The notes under the pieces: model-generated
Database searches by the model: none
Told to the model about the DNA's origin: nothing
The model's input: only the letters and a program-made list of their open reading frames with translations
Source of the DNA: an uncultured Bacteroidales bacterium
GTDB taxonomy: Bacteria > Bacteroidota > Bacteroidia > Bacteroidales > JAAAOM01
Assembly (NCBI GenBank): GCA_964652315.1
Contig: CAZZBU010000002.1
Coordinates: forward strand, 7,812 to 71,811
Reading direction: 5' to 3'
Length of the DNA stretch: 64,000 bases
Translations under genes and position numbers: made by a program
Shown here: positions 36,545-45,373 of the stretch, piece by piece
Layout: each line of letters starts with the position of its first letter
How positions within the stretch are numbered: position 1 is the first letter of the stretch

Positions 36545-37460
36545 GGTTTTATTATATACAATTATTTCGTTAAGTGGTATTGGAGCTGTTGCAGCAATTA
36601 TTTTATATTTTGTTGCACAAAAGTTTAAAGTTTATGAAGACCCCAGAATTGATCTGGTAGAAGAGGTATTGCCTGCTGCCAATTGTGGAGGTTGTGGTTT
36701 TGCCGGGTGTCGTAATTTCGCGGAAGCCCTGGTTAAGTCCGATGATATTGGTGAGTTTTATTGTCCTGTTGGGGGGAATGATATTATGGCTGAAGCTGCC
36801 AGGATACTTGGACGTGAACCTGTAGAACAGGCCCCACGCGTTGCGGTGGTTCGTTGCAACGGCACTTGCGAACACCGGCCAAAAACAAATAATTATGACG
36901 GAGCAACAACCTGTGCCATTTCTGCAAGCCTTTACAGCGGTGATACCGGCTGTTCTTATGGTTGTCTTGGATTGGGAGATTGTGTGGAATCCTGTGATTT
37001 TGATGCCATTCACATGGATGAAAAAACCGGATTGCCATTTGTGACAGATGATAAATGTACGGCTTGTGGAGCTTGTGTTAAGGCCTGTCCGAATGACATT
37101 ATTGAGCTACGCAAAAAGAATAAAAAGGATCGTAAAATTTATGTTTCCTGTATCAATCAGGATAAAGGTGGGGTAGCACGTAAAAGTTGTGCTGTGGCCT
37201 GCATTGGTTGTGGCAAATGTTTTAAAGTATGTCCGTTTGATGCCATTACCATGGACAATAATCTGGCTTTTATTGATTCGGATAAATGTAAGCTTTGCAG
37301 AAAATGTGTTCCCGAATGTCCTACCAATGCCATTCTGGAGATTGGATTTCCTCCGAAAAAGCCAAAACCTGAAGCACCAAAAGCACCGGATACTGAAAAA
37401 GTAACGACTGAAGCTGACATTACAAATAACGACATAAATACAAACAAAAACGAGAATTAG
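36537..37460 (+). CDS. rnfB: Rnf electron-transport complex subunit B
   Basis: N-terminal TM, 'NCGGCGFAGC', and several ferredoxin-type CxxCxxCxxxCP motifs. First of the colinear rnfBCDGEA genes. Confidence 0.9.
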   Translation: MNEVLLYTIISLSGIGAVAAIILYFVAQKFKVYEDPRIDLVEEVLPAANCGGCGFAGCRNFAEALVKSDDIGEFYCPVGGNDIMAEAARILGREPVEQAPRVAVVRCNGTCEHRPKTNNYDGATTCAISASLYSGDTGCSYGCLGLGDCVESCDFDAIHMDEKTGLPFVTDDKCTACGACVKACPNDIIELRKKNKKDRKIYVSCINQDKGGVARKSCAVACIGCGKCFKVCPFDAITMDNNLAFIDSDKCKLCRKCVPECPTNAILEIGFPPKKPKPEAPKAPDTEKVTTEADITNNDINTNKNEN

Positions 37461-37462
37461 AC

Positions 37463-38794
37463 GTGTTGAAGACCTTTTCAAAGGGAGGTGTTCATCCTCC
37501 TGAAAATAAATTCTCTTCGGGTAAACCAATCGAGGTTTTGCCGGTTCCTGAAAGAGTAACCATACCCATCGCTCAACATATCGGTGCCCCGGCCTCGGCA
37601 CTTGTAAAAAAAGGTGATCCGGTAAAAGTGGGGCAGGTCATTGGAAAAGCCGAAGGGTTTGTATCTACCAACATCCATTCCTCAGTGTCAGGAGTTGTTG
37701 AAAAAGTAGATAATGTGCTTGATAGCAGTGGTTTCAGGCGGCTGTCCGTGATCATCAAAACCGAAGGCGATGAATGGGTAACCAACATCGACCGTTCGTC
37801 AGATTTGAGAAAAGAAATCACCCTTAGTAAAGAAGAAATAATATCTAAAGTACTTGAAGCAGGGATTGTTGGCTTAGGTGGTGCAACGTTTCCTTCACAT
37901 GTAAAACTCTCTGTGCCAAAAGGGAAAAAGGCCGACTGTCTGATTCTGAATGGCGTGGAATGTGAACCTTACCTTACTTCCGATCATGCTCTGATGCTCG
38001 AAAAGGGCGAAGAAATTCTGGTTGGTGCTACTGCATTGATGAAAGCGCTTGGCGTAGAGAAAGCATATGTTGGTATTGAAAATAACAAGCCCGATGCCAT
38101 TGAAAAGATGACTGCCTTGGCTGAATCCTATCCTGGTATCACGGTTCAGCCTCTCAAAGTCAAATATCCTCAGGGTGGAGAAAAACAGTTGATAAAAGCT
38201 GTTATCAACCGCGAAGTACCTTCAGGAGGACTTCCCATTGATGTGGGTGTTGTTGTGTTCAATGTTGGTAGCGCCTATGCTGTTTATGAAGCTGTACAAA
38301 AAAACAAACCCCTTATTGAGCGCGTTGTCACCGTGACCGGTAAATCTGTTACCAATCCGGGCAACTTTATGGTACGCATTGGTACCCCAATCAGTACAGT
38401 AATTGAGGCTGCCGGTGGTATACCCGGCGATACCGGTAAGATTATTGGAGGAGGGCCTATGATGGGCAAAGCACTAATAACGCCTGAAATACCAGTAGTT
38501 AAGGGGAGTTCGGGTGTTTTGTTAATGCCTGATAAGGAATCAAAGCGTCATCCGGTACAGCCTTGTATCCGTTGTGCAAAATGTGTTTCAGTATGTCCCA
38601 TGGGGCTCGAACCTTATTTATTGGAAGCGCTTTCAAGAAACGATTTGTTTGAGCGTGCTGAAGGTGATCGAATTACAGATTGTATCGAATGTGGCTCGTG
38701 TAGTTACACCTGTCCGGCAAGCAGGCCCCTGCTTGATTATATACGCTATGGAAAAACAAATGTCATAAAAATACAACGATCGAGAAAGCAATAA
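37463..38794 (+). CDS. rnfC: Rnf electron-transport complex subunit C
   Basis: 443 aa with a GTG start. 'GIVGLGGATFPSHVK', 'LILNGVECEPYLTSD', and 2x[4Fe-4S] 'CIRCAKCVSVCP' and 'CIECGSCSYTCP'. Confidence 0.93.
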   Translation: MLKTFSKGGVHPPENKFSSGKPIEVLPVPERVTIPIAQHIGAPASALVKKGDPVKVGQVIGKAEGFVSTNIHSSVSGVVEKVDNVLDSSGFRRLSVIIKTEGDEWVTNIDRSSDLRKEITLSKEEIISKVLEAGIVGLGGATFPSHVKLSVPKGKKADCLILNGVECEPYLTSDHALMLEKGEEILVGATALMKALGVEKAYVGIENNKPDAIEKMTALAESYPGITVQPLKVKYPQGGEKQLIKAVINREVPSGGLPIDVGVVVFNVGSAYAVYEAVQKNKPLIERVVTVTGKSVTNPGNFMVRIGTPISTVIEAAGGIPGDTGKIIGGGPMMGKALITPEIPVVKGSSGVLLMPDKESKRHPVQPCIRCAKCVSVCPMGLEPYLLEALSRNDLFERAEGDRITDCIECGSCSYTCPASRPLLDYIRYGKTNVIKIQRSRKQ

Positions 38795-38795
38795 A

Positions 38796-39797
38796 ATGAG
38801 TAAGTTACTAAATGTTTCACCTTCACCCCATGTGCATGGCAGGTATTCGGTTGAAAGACTGATGTACGATGTGGTCATTGCCATGGTGCCGGCACTGCTG
38901 GTGTCCGTTATTTTTTTTGGTATTCCTGCTTTAACCGTAACAATGGTAGCCGTGGCGTCCTGTTTGCTGTTCGAATACCTCATTCAAAAATATATTTTAA
39001 GGGTAACGCCAACTATCCGCGATGGTTCTGCTGTGGTTACCGGAGTGCTTCTGGCATTTAACTTGCCGGCTATTTTGCCAATGTATCTGGTAGTTCTTGG
39101 AAGTTTGGTGGCTATTGGTGTTGGAAAAATGAGTTTTGGCGGACTTGGTAATAATCCTTTTAACCCGGCGCTGGTCGGGCGTGTTTTCCTGTTGATCTCC
39201 TTCCCTGTAGCCATGACTACCAATCCGGTCCCGGAAGGATTGTCCACGTCTTTCACCGATGCCGTTACTGGGGCCACCCCGCTTGCTATTTTGAAAGAAG
39301 GTATACGACAGGGAACACCGGTTTCTGAATTAATGGCTGAAGTGCCCGATTATTCATCCTTGTTTTTTGGACAGATGGGGGGTGCACTCGGTGAGATTGC
39401 CGGTTTTGCACTGTTGTTGGGGCTAATTTATATGATGCTTCGCAAGGTTATTACCTGGCATATTCCCATCTCAGTACTTGGGTCTATATTTGTATTTACC
39501 GGTATCTTGTGGTGGGTAAATCCGGATAAAAATGCTGATCCACTTTTCCATTTACTTACCGGGGGGGTACTTCTTGGCGCAATTTTTATGGCTACCGATT
39601 ACGTTACCTCACCCATGACCCGCCAAGGCATGCTTATTTATGGTATTGGTATTGGCGTTATTACCGTAGTTATCCGGGTGTACGGTGCCTATCCTGAGGG
39701 TATATCCTTTGCAATTCTGATAATGAATGCTTTTGTGCCTATCCTTAACAGGTACATCAAACCAAAACGATTTGGAGAGGAGGTGCAGCATGGCTAA
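38796..39797 (+). CDS. rnfD: Rnf electron-transport complex subunit D
   Basis: 333 aa polytopic. 'SPSPHVH', 'DAVTGATPL' and the FMN-attachment-type motif 'FMATDYVTSP'. Confidence 0.93.
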   Translation: MSKLLNVSPSPHVHGRYSVERLMYDVVIAMVPALLVSVIFFGIPALTVTMVAVASCLLFEYLIQKYILRVTPTIRDGSAVVTGVLLAFNLPAILPMYLVVLGSLVAIGVGKMSFGGLGNNPFNPALVGRVFLLISFPVAMTTNPVPEGLSTSFTDAVTGATPLAILKEGIRQGTPVSELMAEVPDYSSLFFGQMGGALGEIAGFALLLGLIYMMLRKVITWHIPISVLGSIFVFTGILWWVNPDKNADPLFHLLTGGVLLGAIFMATDYVTSPMTRQGMLIYGIGIGVITVVIRVYGAYPEGISFAILIMNAFVPILNRYIKPKRFGEEVQHG

Positions 39798-40368
39798 GCG
39801 TGAATCAACATTCAAGAATATGTTACTTACCTTGTTTGTGGTAACACTTACAGCTTCCACTGCTCTCGGATTGGTTTACAATCTTACCAAAGACCCAATT
39901 GAATCGGCTAAGGTAGCTAAGAAGCGAGCTGCCATAGAGCAGGTGGTTCCGGAATTTGACAATGAACCTGCATCTGAGTCCTATAAAGTTCCAGCTGATG
40001 GTGATTCACTGGTTTTCTATCCTGCAAAACAAGACGGTGAACTGGTGGGGATGGCCATTGAAACATTTACCAACCAGGGATTCAGCGGAACCATCCGGTT
40101 AATGGTTGGTTTCAGGCCTGATGGTACCATTCATGATATTACTGTTTTAGAACACAAGGAAACCCCCGGCCTTGGAGATAAAATAGAAAAATCCAAATCA
40201 GAATGGAGCAGTCAGTTTGAAGGAAAAAATCCGGCTTCGTTTCAGTTAGTGGTGAAAAAAGATGGTGGCGATGTTGATGCCATCACTGCTTCAACAATCA
40301 CATCACGGGCTTATTGTGAGGCCGTGGATCGTGCATATCATGCTTTTATGGAAGGAGGTAAAAAATGA
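39790..40368 (+). CDS. rnfG: Rnf electron-transport complex subunit G
   Basis: ATG at 39790 ('MAKRESTF..') overlaps the rnfD end by 8 nt. N-terminal TM, then 'GFSG.IRLMVG', 'ETPGLG' and 'DAITASTITS' (FMN-binding). Confidence 0.9.
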   Translation: MAKRESTFKNMLLTLFVVTLTASTALGLVYNLTKDPIESAKVAKKRAAIEQVVPEFDNEPASESYKVPADGDSLVFYPAKQDGELVGMAIETFTNQGFSGTIRLMVGFRPDGTIHDITVLEHKETPGLGDKIEKSKSEWSSQFEGKNPASFQLVVKKDGGDVDAITASTITSRAYCEAVDRAYHAFMEGGKK

Positions 40369-40958
40369 ACCAATGGAAAAATTTTAAAAAGGGCTTTTTT
40401 AAGGAAAATGCTGTTTTTGTGCTCTTTCTTGGATTGTGCCCAACCCTTGGAGTTACTACCACTGCAATAAACGGGTTGGGTATGGGACTGGCAACCACTT
40501 TTGTGCTTGTAATGTCAAACCTGGTTGTGTCCTTAATAAAAAGTGTTATCCCTGATAAAGTACGGATCCCTTCATTTATTGTTATCATTGCATCCTTTGT
40601 AACCATTGTGGAACTGGTCATGCAGGCTTATACGCCTGAGTTGTTTGAACAACTGGGATTGTTTATACCCCTTATTGTGGTAAACTGCCTGGTATTGGGC
40701 AGGGCAGAAGCTTTTGCCTCGAAAAACACCACCCTTTCAGCCCTTGTTGATGGTAGCGGCATGGGACTGGGCTTTGCCATGGCACTGACCATTTTGGGAG
40801 GTGTACGCGAAATCTTTGGTAGCGGGTCATTTTTCGGTTTCAAATTCATCGAGGGCGACGGAATTTTGATTTTTGTGCTTGCGCCGGGAGCATTTATCGC
40901 ATTGGGCTATCTCATTGTTTTAATTAATAAGATCAATAAAAAATTTGCTAACGATTAA
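40365..40958 (+). CDS. rnfE: Rnf electron-transport complex subunit E
   Basis: 197 aa. 'LGLCPTLGVTT' and 'IPLIVVNCLVLGRAE'. 4-nt overlap with rnfG. Confidence 0.93.
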   Translation: MNQWKNFKKGFFKENAVFVLFLGLCPTLGVTTTAINGLGMGLATTFVLVMSNLVVSLIKSVIPDKVRIPSFIVIIASFVTIVELVMQAYTPELFEQLGLFIPLIVVNCLVLGRAEAFASKNTTLSALVDGSGMGLGFAMALTILGGVREIFGSGSFFGFKFIEGDGILIFVLAPGAFIALGYLIVLINKINKKFAND

Positions 40959-40961
40959 GCC

Positions 40962-41534
40962 ATGGAATACATATTAATAATCATATCGGCTGTTTTTGTA
41001 AATAATATTGTACTGGCAAAGTTCCTGGGCATTTGTCCCTTTATCGGGGTATCCAACAAGGTGGAAACTGCCCTGGGTATGACCGGAGCAGTGACTTTTG
41101 TGATGGTTGTAGCCACCATGGTCACCTACTTATTGCAGCAGTATGTCCTTATTCCCCTGGGCATTAATTATATGCAAACCATTACATTTATTTTAGTGAT
41201 TGCCTCCCTGGTACAACTTGTAGAAATTATCCTTAAAAAAGTGAGCCCTTCCCTTTATCAGGCACTGGGGATTTTTCTGCCGTTAATTACTACCAACTGC
41301 GCTGTGCTTGGTGTGGCCATACTATCCGTTCAAAATGAGTATAATTTAGCAGAAAGCACAGTCTTTGCCGTGGCTAATGCCATTGGTTTTGGGTTGGCAC
41401 TGGTATTGTTTTCCGGAATCCGTGAGTTTCTTGATTTGGCCAATGTACCAAAAGGGATGAAGGGGGTACCTATTGCTTTTGTGGTGGCCGGATTATTGGC
41501 TATGGCTTTTATGGGCTTTGCAGGAATCGTTTAA
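40962..41534 (+). CDS. rnfA: Rnf electron-transport complex subunit A
   Basis: 190 aa. '[11 protein letters not shown]' and '[14 protein letters not shown]'. Confidence 0.93.
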   Translation: MEYILIIISAVFVNNIVLAKFLGICPFIGVSNKVETALGMTGAVTFVMVVATMVTYLLQQYVLIPLGINYMQTITFILVIASLVQLVEIILKKVSPSLYQALGIFLPLITTNCAVLGVAILSVQNEYNLAESTVFAVANAIGFGLALVLFSGIREFLDLANVPKGMKGVPIAFVVAGLLAMAFMGFAGIV

Positions 41535-41596
41535 TTGGCTTATCGATTATGATAAAAAAATAATATAAAATCCTGCCATAATAGTGAATCTTTCTG

Positions 41597-41604
41597 TAGG
41601 TTTG
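41597..41604 (+). promoter_or_regulatory. candidate -7 box (TAnnTTTG) for lipoprotein gene 41622
   Basis: TAGGTTTG, 18 nt upstream of ATG 41622. Confidence 0.3.
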
Positions 41605-41621
41605 TAATAAAAACAAGCATC

Positions 41622-42062
41622 ATGAAGAAATTATCATTTATATTTCTTATTCCACTTCTTTTTCTTTCCTGTGAAAAAGACGAAGACACACCAAAAGGAC
41701 TGGTTTCGTTTGCTGAATTACCTGCCTATGCTGACGGAGCCATTACCTTTCAAGCTCAGATTGAGTTTTCAGAACCTGGAAAAGAAGTCCCCATTGAATT
41801 TATAGTATATGAAGGGGATACGGAACTCATATCAGATGAAGCACCGGCAGCAGCAAATCCTGACGGACAGGATTTATTTTGGGAAACCGGTACGGTAACC
41901 CTGACACTTAATCCTTTGGATGCATTCTACGGAAAAACTCTCACCGTTCACCTTGATCCTGATAATAAAGTAACTGCCGATGAATATACTTCAGCCCAGG
42001 AAGTGGAAACCTGGAAAGTAGAAAGTGTTCCAATTCCGCAGCAGGTTGAGGAGTCAGAATAA
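41622..42062 (+). CDS. lipoprotein, unknown function
   Basis: 146 aa, lipobox 'LFLSC', acidic. No motif recognised. Confidence 0.6.
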   Translation: MKKLSFIFLIPLLFLSCEKDEDTPKGLVSFAELPAYADGAITFQAQIEFSEPGKEVPIEFIVYEGDTELISDEAPAAANPDGQDLFWETGTVTLTLNPLDAFYGKTLTVHLDPDNKVTADEYTSAQEVETWKVESVPIPQQVEESE

Positions 42063-42094
42063 CTTTTTGATTAAGCGGATTGAATAGAATAGGC

Positions 42095-43033
42095 TTATTT
42101 TTTTCCTGTGAAAAAACGGTACCATTTGATGAATGTTGAAGTGTTTTTTTTGAGATAAAAATAGGGTAATTGTACCGGATTAAAATGGCGATTATAACTT
42201 TCCACAGTTTCAATCATCGAACCTTCGAAGTTAAATGTTAGGTTAGCTTTATGTGCAAGATTAATGCTTTCCTTAACAAGCAAACTTTTAGCATTAAAAT
42301 GCCGGGATTGATTTGCTATACCACTCATCAGTAGGTACATGTACTGTTTATCCCAAACAAGAAATACAGCCCCGTGAATGTTCTCGTTTTTATCCTTGGC
42401 AATCAATATTTTGCAAGCTTTTTGTTTAACCAGTATTGAATAAAGTTTCTTTACAAGAGCGTAGCTTATTGGTATATCAATGCCCTGTCTTTTAAAAACA
42501 TCATTTTGAAGGTCGTAAAACAGCCTAAGATTATTATCTTCTGCAAGCGTAAGGTGATCACTGGCTAAACGTATAAGTCTGCGGGTTTTTTTATCTATAT
42601 TTTGTTGATTTGGAGGAATGATGTATGTATACCTTGTGGTTTCATTGAATCCTGCCCAGTGAAAAGCCTGCCAGTTTTTTACAAGAGGGTTAAACCCCAT
42701 TTCGAAGTAATCAAAATGTGGAATCTGTTCGAGTAACCTTTTATAAATTTTATGTTCGTAGCCGATTTTTTTACTCTCGCTTAATTCATCAGGATAATTT
42801 ATCCAGGGCCCAAGATGAGGTGTAAGAGGTGGGTTTAACATAAGAGTAAAACCATATTTTTTTTTAATAGGATAGGGCATGGCAGCTCTTACCTGTCCAT
42901 TTTCAATTATAACTGATACATCCCAGCCTGAATTACCGCATACTGCATCCAACCACCAATCCTGCATGAAGATAGGTATCAGTGGATCAGACCCACAAAG
43001 TTTTTTATATTGAGTTTTATTATTTGGTTCCAT
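42095..43033 (-). CDS. FemAB-like / GNAT-fold acyl- or aminoacyl-transferase
   Basis: 312 aa. Overall resemblance, from motif recall only, to the FemAB/'BioF2-like acetyltransferase' domains found in glycan loci. Lies next to a Wzx-like flippase. Confidence 0.5.
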   Translation of the reverse strand: MEPNNKTQYKKLCGSDPLIPIFMQDWWLDAVCGNSGWDVSVIIENGQVRAAMPYPIKKKYGFTLMLNPPLTPHLGPWINYPDELSESKKIGYEHKIYKRLLEQIPHFDYFEMGFNPLVKNWQAFHWAGFNETTRYTYIIPPNQQNIDKKTRRLIRLASDHLTLAEDNNLRLFYDLQNDVFKRQGIDIPISYALVKKLYSILVKQKACKILIAKDKNENIHGAVFLVWDKQYMYLLMSGIANQSRHFNAKSLLVKESINLAHKANLTFNFEGSMIETVESYNRHFNPVQLPYFYLKKNTSTFIKWYRFFTGKK

Positions 43034-43183
43034 CCATGAGTGTTTAGAGATAACGAAAATACATGATTTTCATTAGGAATTAAATATTAAAAATGAAAAT
43101 GAACAATGGAATCAAGCAGGGAGGCTTGTAGAAGAGCAGTATGACATAGCATTAAATTGCTTTGGGGCATGAATTTCCTTGTT

Positions 43184-44482
43184 TTACTTTTGTGATTTAG
43201 CAATACCGGATTTAAACTGTCGTGCAATAAAAAAGATATACTGCATGAAAAGTAGGTTGAATACAATTCCTACAGCTGAAAAAAGGATGACTGCGATAAG
43301 AGCTGAATTAAAATAGTTGTAACCAAAAAAAAGAGCCAAAAACCTGAAAATTAATAATAATGATTGATATATGAGCATTTGTTTTTGCTTGTTCAAAATT
43401 GTTATGATATAAGAAAGCGGAGAATTTAAAAACATCAGAAGGAGCCAGGGTGAAAGGATTTGAGTATATACCCCACTGATACGCCAGTCCAGGCCAAAAA
43501 GAAGATTAAAAAGCCATGGACCTGCTAATAAAAGCACCAGGAATGGAATGAAACCAAATTTCAAAAGCTGTTTATATAAAGAACGCACCAGCAATAACAG
43601 GTCCCCTTTATTATTAATAATTTGGGCAGCATCCTGATAAAACACCTGACCTACTGACTGGGTCACTAATCCAACAGGAACTGAAATTACACGATTTGCC
43701 AAACCATAATATGCCACAATTTTAGCCCCGAAGAACCTGGAGAGTAAAAAAACAGGTAACTGATTCGATATGCTGTTTAACAAGCCCATCAATGTATTGA
43801 AAAGAGGAATATTCAGGTATTTTTTACCCTCTTCAATCATTTTTTTGATCGATATGGATTCTTTATGCTTTTTTATTTCAGGAAAGATGAGAATCAAAAC
43901 ATAAATTGCGGCTGCACCCTGTCCAATGATCAGTCCTGTTATTAACCCTGTGGTATGCAAACCAACCACACCGCCGGCAATCTGAAAGGCGCTCATAACA
44001 ACAGCCTTTACAATCCTTGATGTAGATATTAACCTGTATTGTTTAAACCGGTTAAACCAGAAACCAACAGCCTGCATGATGCCTGTAAAAAACATGCTCA
44101 GTGGTAAAAAGTACAGCCATTTACCAATGGATTTTTCAGCAAGCACGGCTTGAATATGATCAAAAAGCAAAATAATAATCAACTCACCGGCTACGGTAAC
44201 CAGAAAAGCAATAAACAGGGATAAGATTAATAAACTGAATCCTGCATTATCTGAATGGGGAAGAACTACTGAAAGCTCATATTTCAACGTGCTTAAAATT
44301 GCCAACACCACCCCTGCTGCGGCATACACAAAAAAAACACCGAATGCTTCTTCAGGGTACATTCGGGTAAGGATAAGCATGGATAAAAGTGGAATTGCTT
44401 GTGCCACTGCCGATCCTGAAAACAACACAACTACATTTCTGAAAAATTCATTATCGAACCATGTTTTTATCCTGTCAATCAT
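43184..44482 (-). CDS. Wzx-like oligosaccharide flippase (MOP superfamily polysaccharide biosynthesis protein)
   Basis: 432 aa, about 12 TM. N-terminus 'LFSGSAVAQAIPLLSMLILTRMY..EAFG' is typical of the family. Confidence 0.75.
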   Translation of the reverse strand: MIDRIKTWFDNEFFRNVVVLFSGSAVAQAIPLLSMLILTRMYPEEAFGVFFVYAAAGVVLAILSTLKYELSVVLPHSDNAGFSLLILSLFIAFLVTVAGELIIILLFDHIQAVLAEKSIGKWLYFLPLSMFFTGIMQAVGFWFNRFKQYRLISTSRIVKAVVMSAFQIAGGVVGLHTTGLITGLIIGQGAAAIYVLILIFPEIKKHKESISIKKMIEEGKKYLNIPLFNTLMGLLNSISNQLPVFLLSRFFGAKIVAYYGLANRVISVPVGLVTQSVGQVFYQDAAQIINNKGDLLLLVRSLYKQLLKFGFIPFLVLLLAGPWLFNLLFGLDWRISGVYTQILSPWLLLMFLNSPLSYIITILNKQKQMLIYQSLLLIFRFLALFFGYNYFNSALIAVILFSAVGIVFNLLFMQYIFFIARQFKSGIAKSQK

Positions 44483-44527
44483 GTTGTTGTTCCCAAAATG
44501 GGGTTTAAAGCAAATGAGGAATATGCA

Positions 44528-45235
44528 CTACAAGAGACTGTTAAAATCTATTTCTTCGCCCTGCTTAACCTCATATATTTTACCTTGTTCGCAGCGAAGC
44601 GTGCGCGCCGGGAATTTTTTTAACAGTGTGTAGTTATGCGTAGCCATAATTACAGCACGTCCACTCTGGCTTATTTCAGTAAGTAGTTTCATGATTTCTA
44701 CCGAAGTGTCCGGATCAAGGTTCCCGGTTGGTTCATCTGCCAGAATTACATCAGGATCGTTCAATAAAGCACGGGCTATCACAACACGTTGCTGTTCACC
44801 ACCTGATAACTGGTGCGGCATTTTGTATCCTTTATACTGCAAATCAACTTTTTCCAGTACTGCTCCAATGCGCTGCTCTATTTCCTTTTTATTTTTCCAA
44901 CCGGTGGCAGTAAGCACAAATTTGAGGTTGTCATACACCGTCCGGTCAGTCAGCAGTTGAAAATCCTGAAAAACAATGCCCAGTTTTCTTCGTAAAAAAG
45001 GAACTTGTTTTTTCCGTAGTTTTTCAAGGGGGTAACCCACCACTTTGGCTGTGCCAACTTTTAGGGGCAATTCGGCGTTGATGGTTTTAATCAGGCTGGT
45101 CTTGCCACTGCCAACACGCCCTACCAGATAAATAAACTCTCCTTTTTTAACTTCAAAACTAACATCGGATAGCACCAGGTTATCAGTCTGGAAAATCGAT
45201 GCATGATCAAAGGATATAATGGTATCAAGTTCCAT
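44528..45235 (-). CDS. ftsE: FtsE-like ABC ATP-binding protein
   Basis: 235 aa. Walker A 'GRVGSGKTS', signature 'LSGGEQQRVVIARAL' and Walker B 'ILADEPTGNLD'. No FtsX-like permease adjacent. Confidence 0.75.
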   Translation of the reverse strand: MELDTIISFDHASIFQTDNLVLSDVSFEVKKGEFIYLVGRVGSGKTSLIKTINAELPLKVGTAKVVGYPLEKLRKKQVPFLRRKLGIVFQDFQLLTDRTVYDNLKFVLTATGWKNKKEIEQRIGAVLEKVDLQYKGYKMPHQLSGGEQQRVVIARALLNDPDVILADEPTGNLDPDTSVEIMKLLTEISQSGRAVIMATHNYTLLKKFPARTLRCEQGKIYEVKQGEEIDFNSLL

Positions 45236-45373
45236 ATTATGCTTAAAATTTCGGCTAAAAATAGAAAATAAAAACAGAAATTAACAGTTATATGTTTATT
45301 AAAAAAACCGTCAAAAAATTAGGATTCATGATTATTGGTTAATTTTATCCGAAATTTAATGATGTAGGCATTT

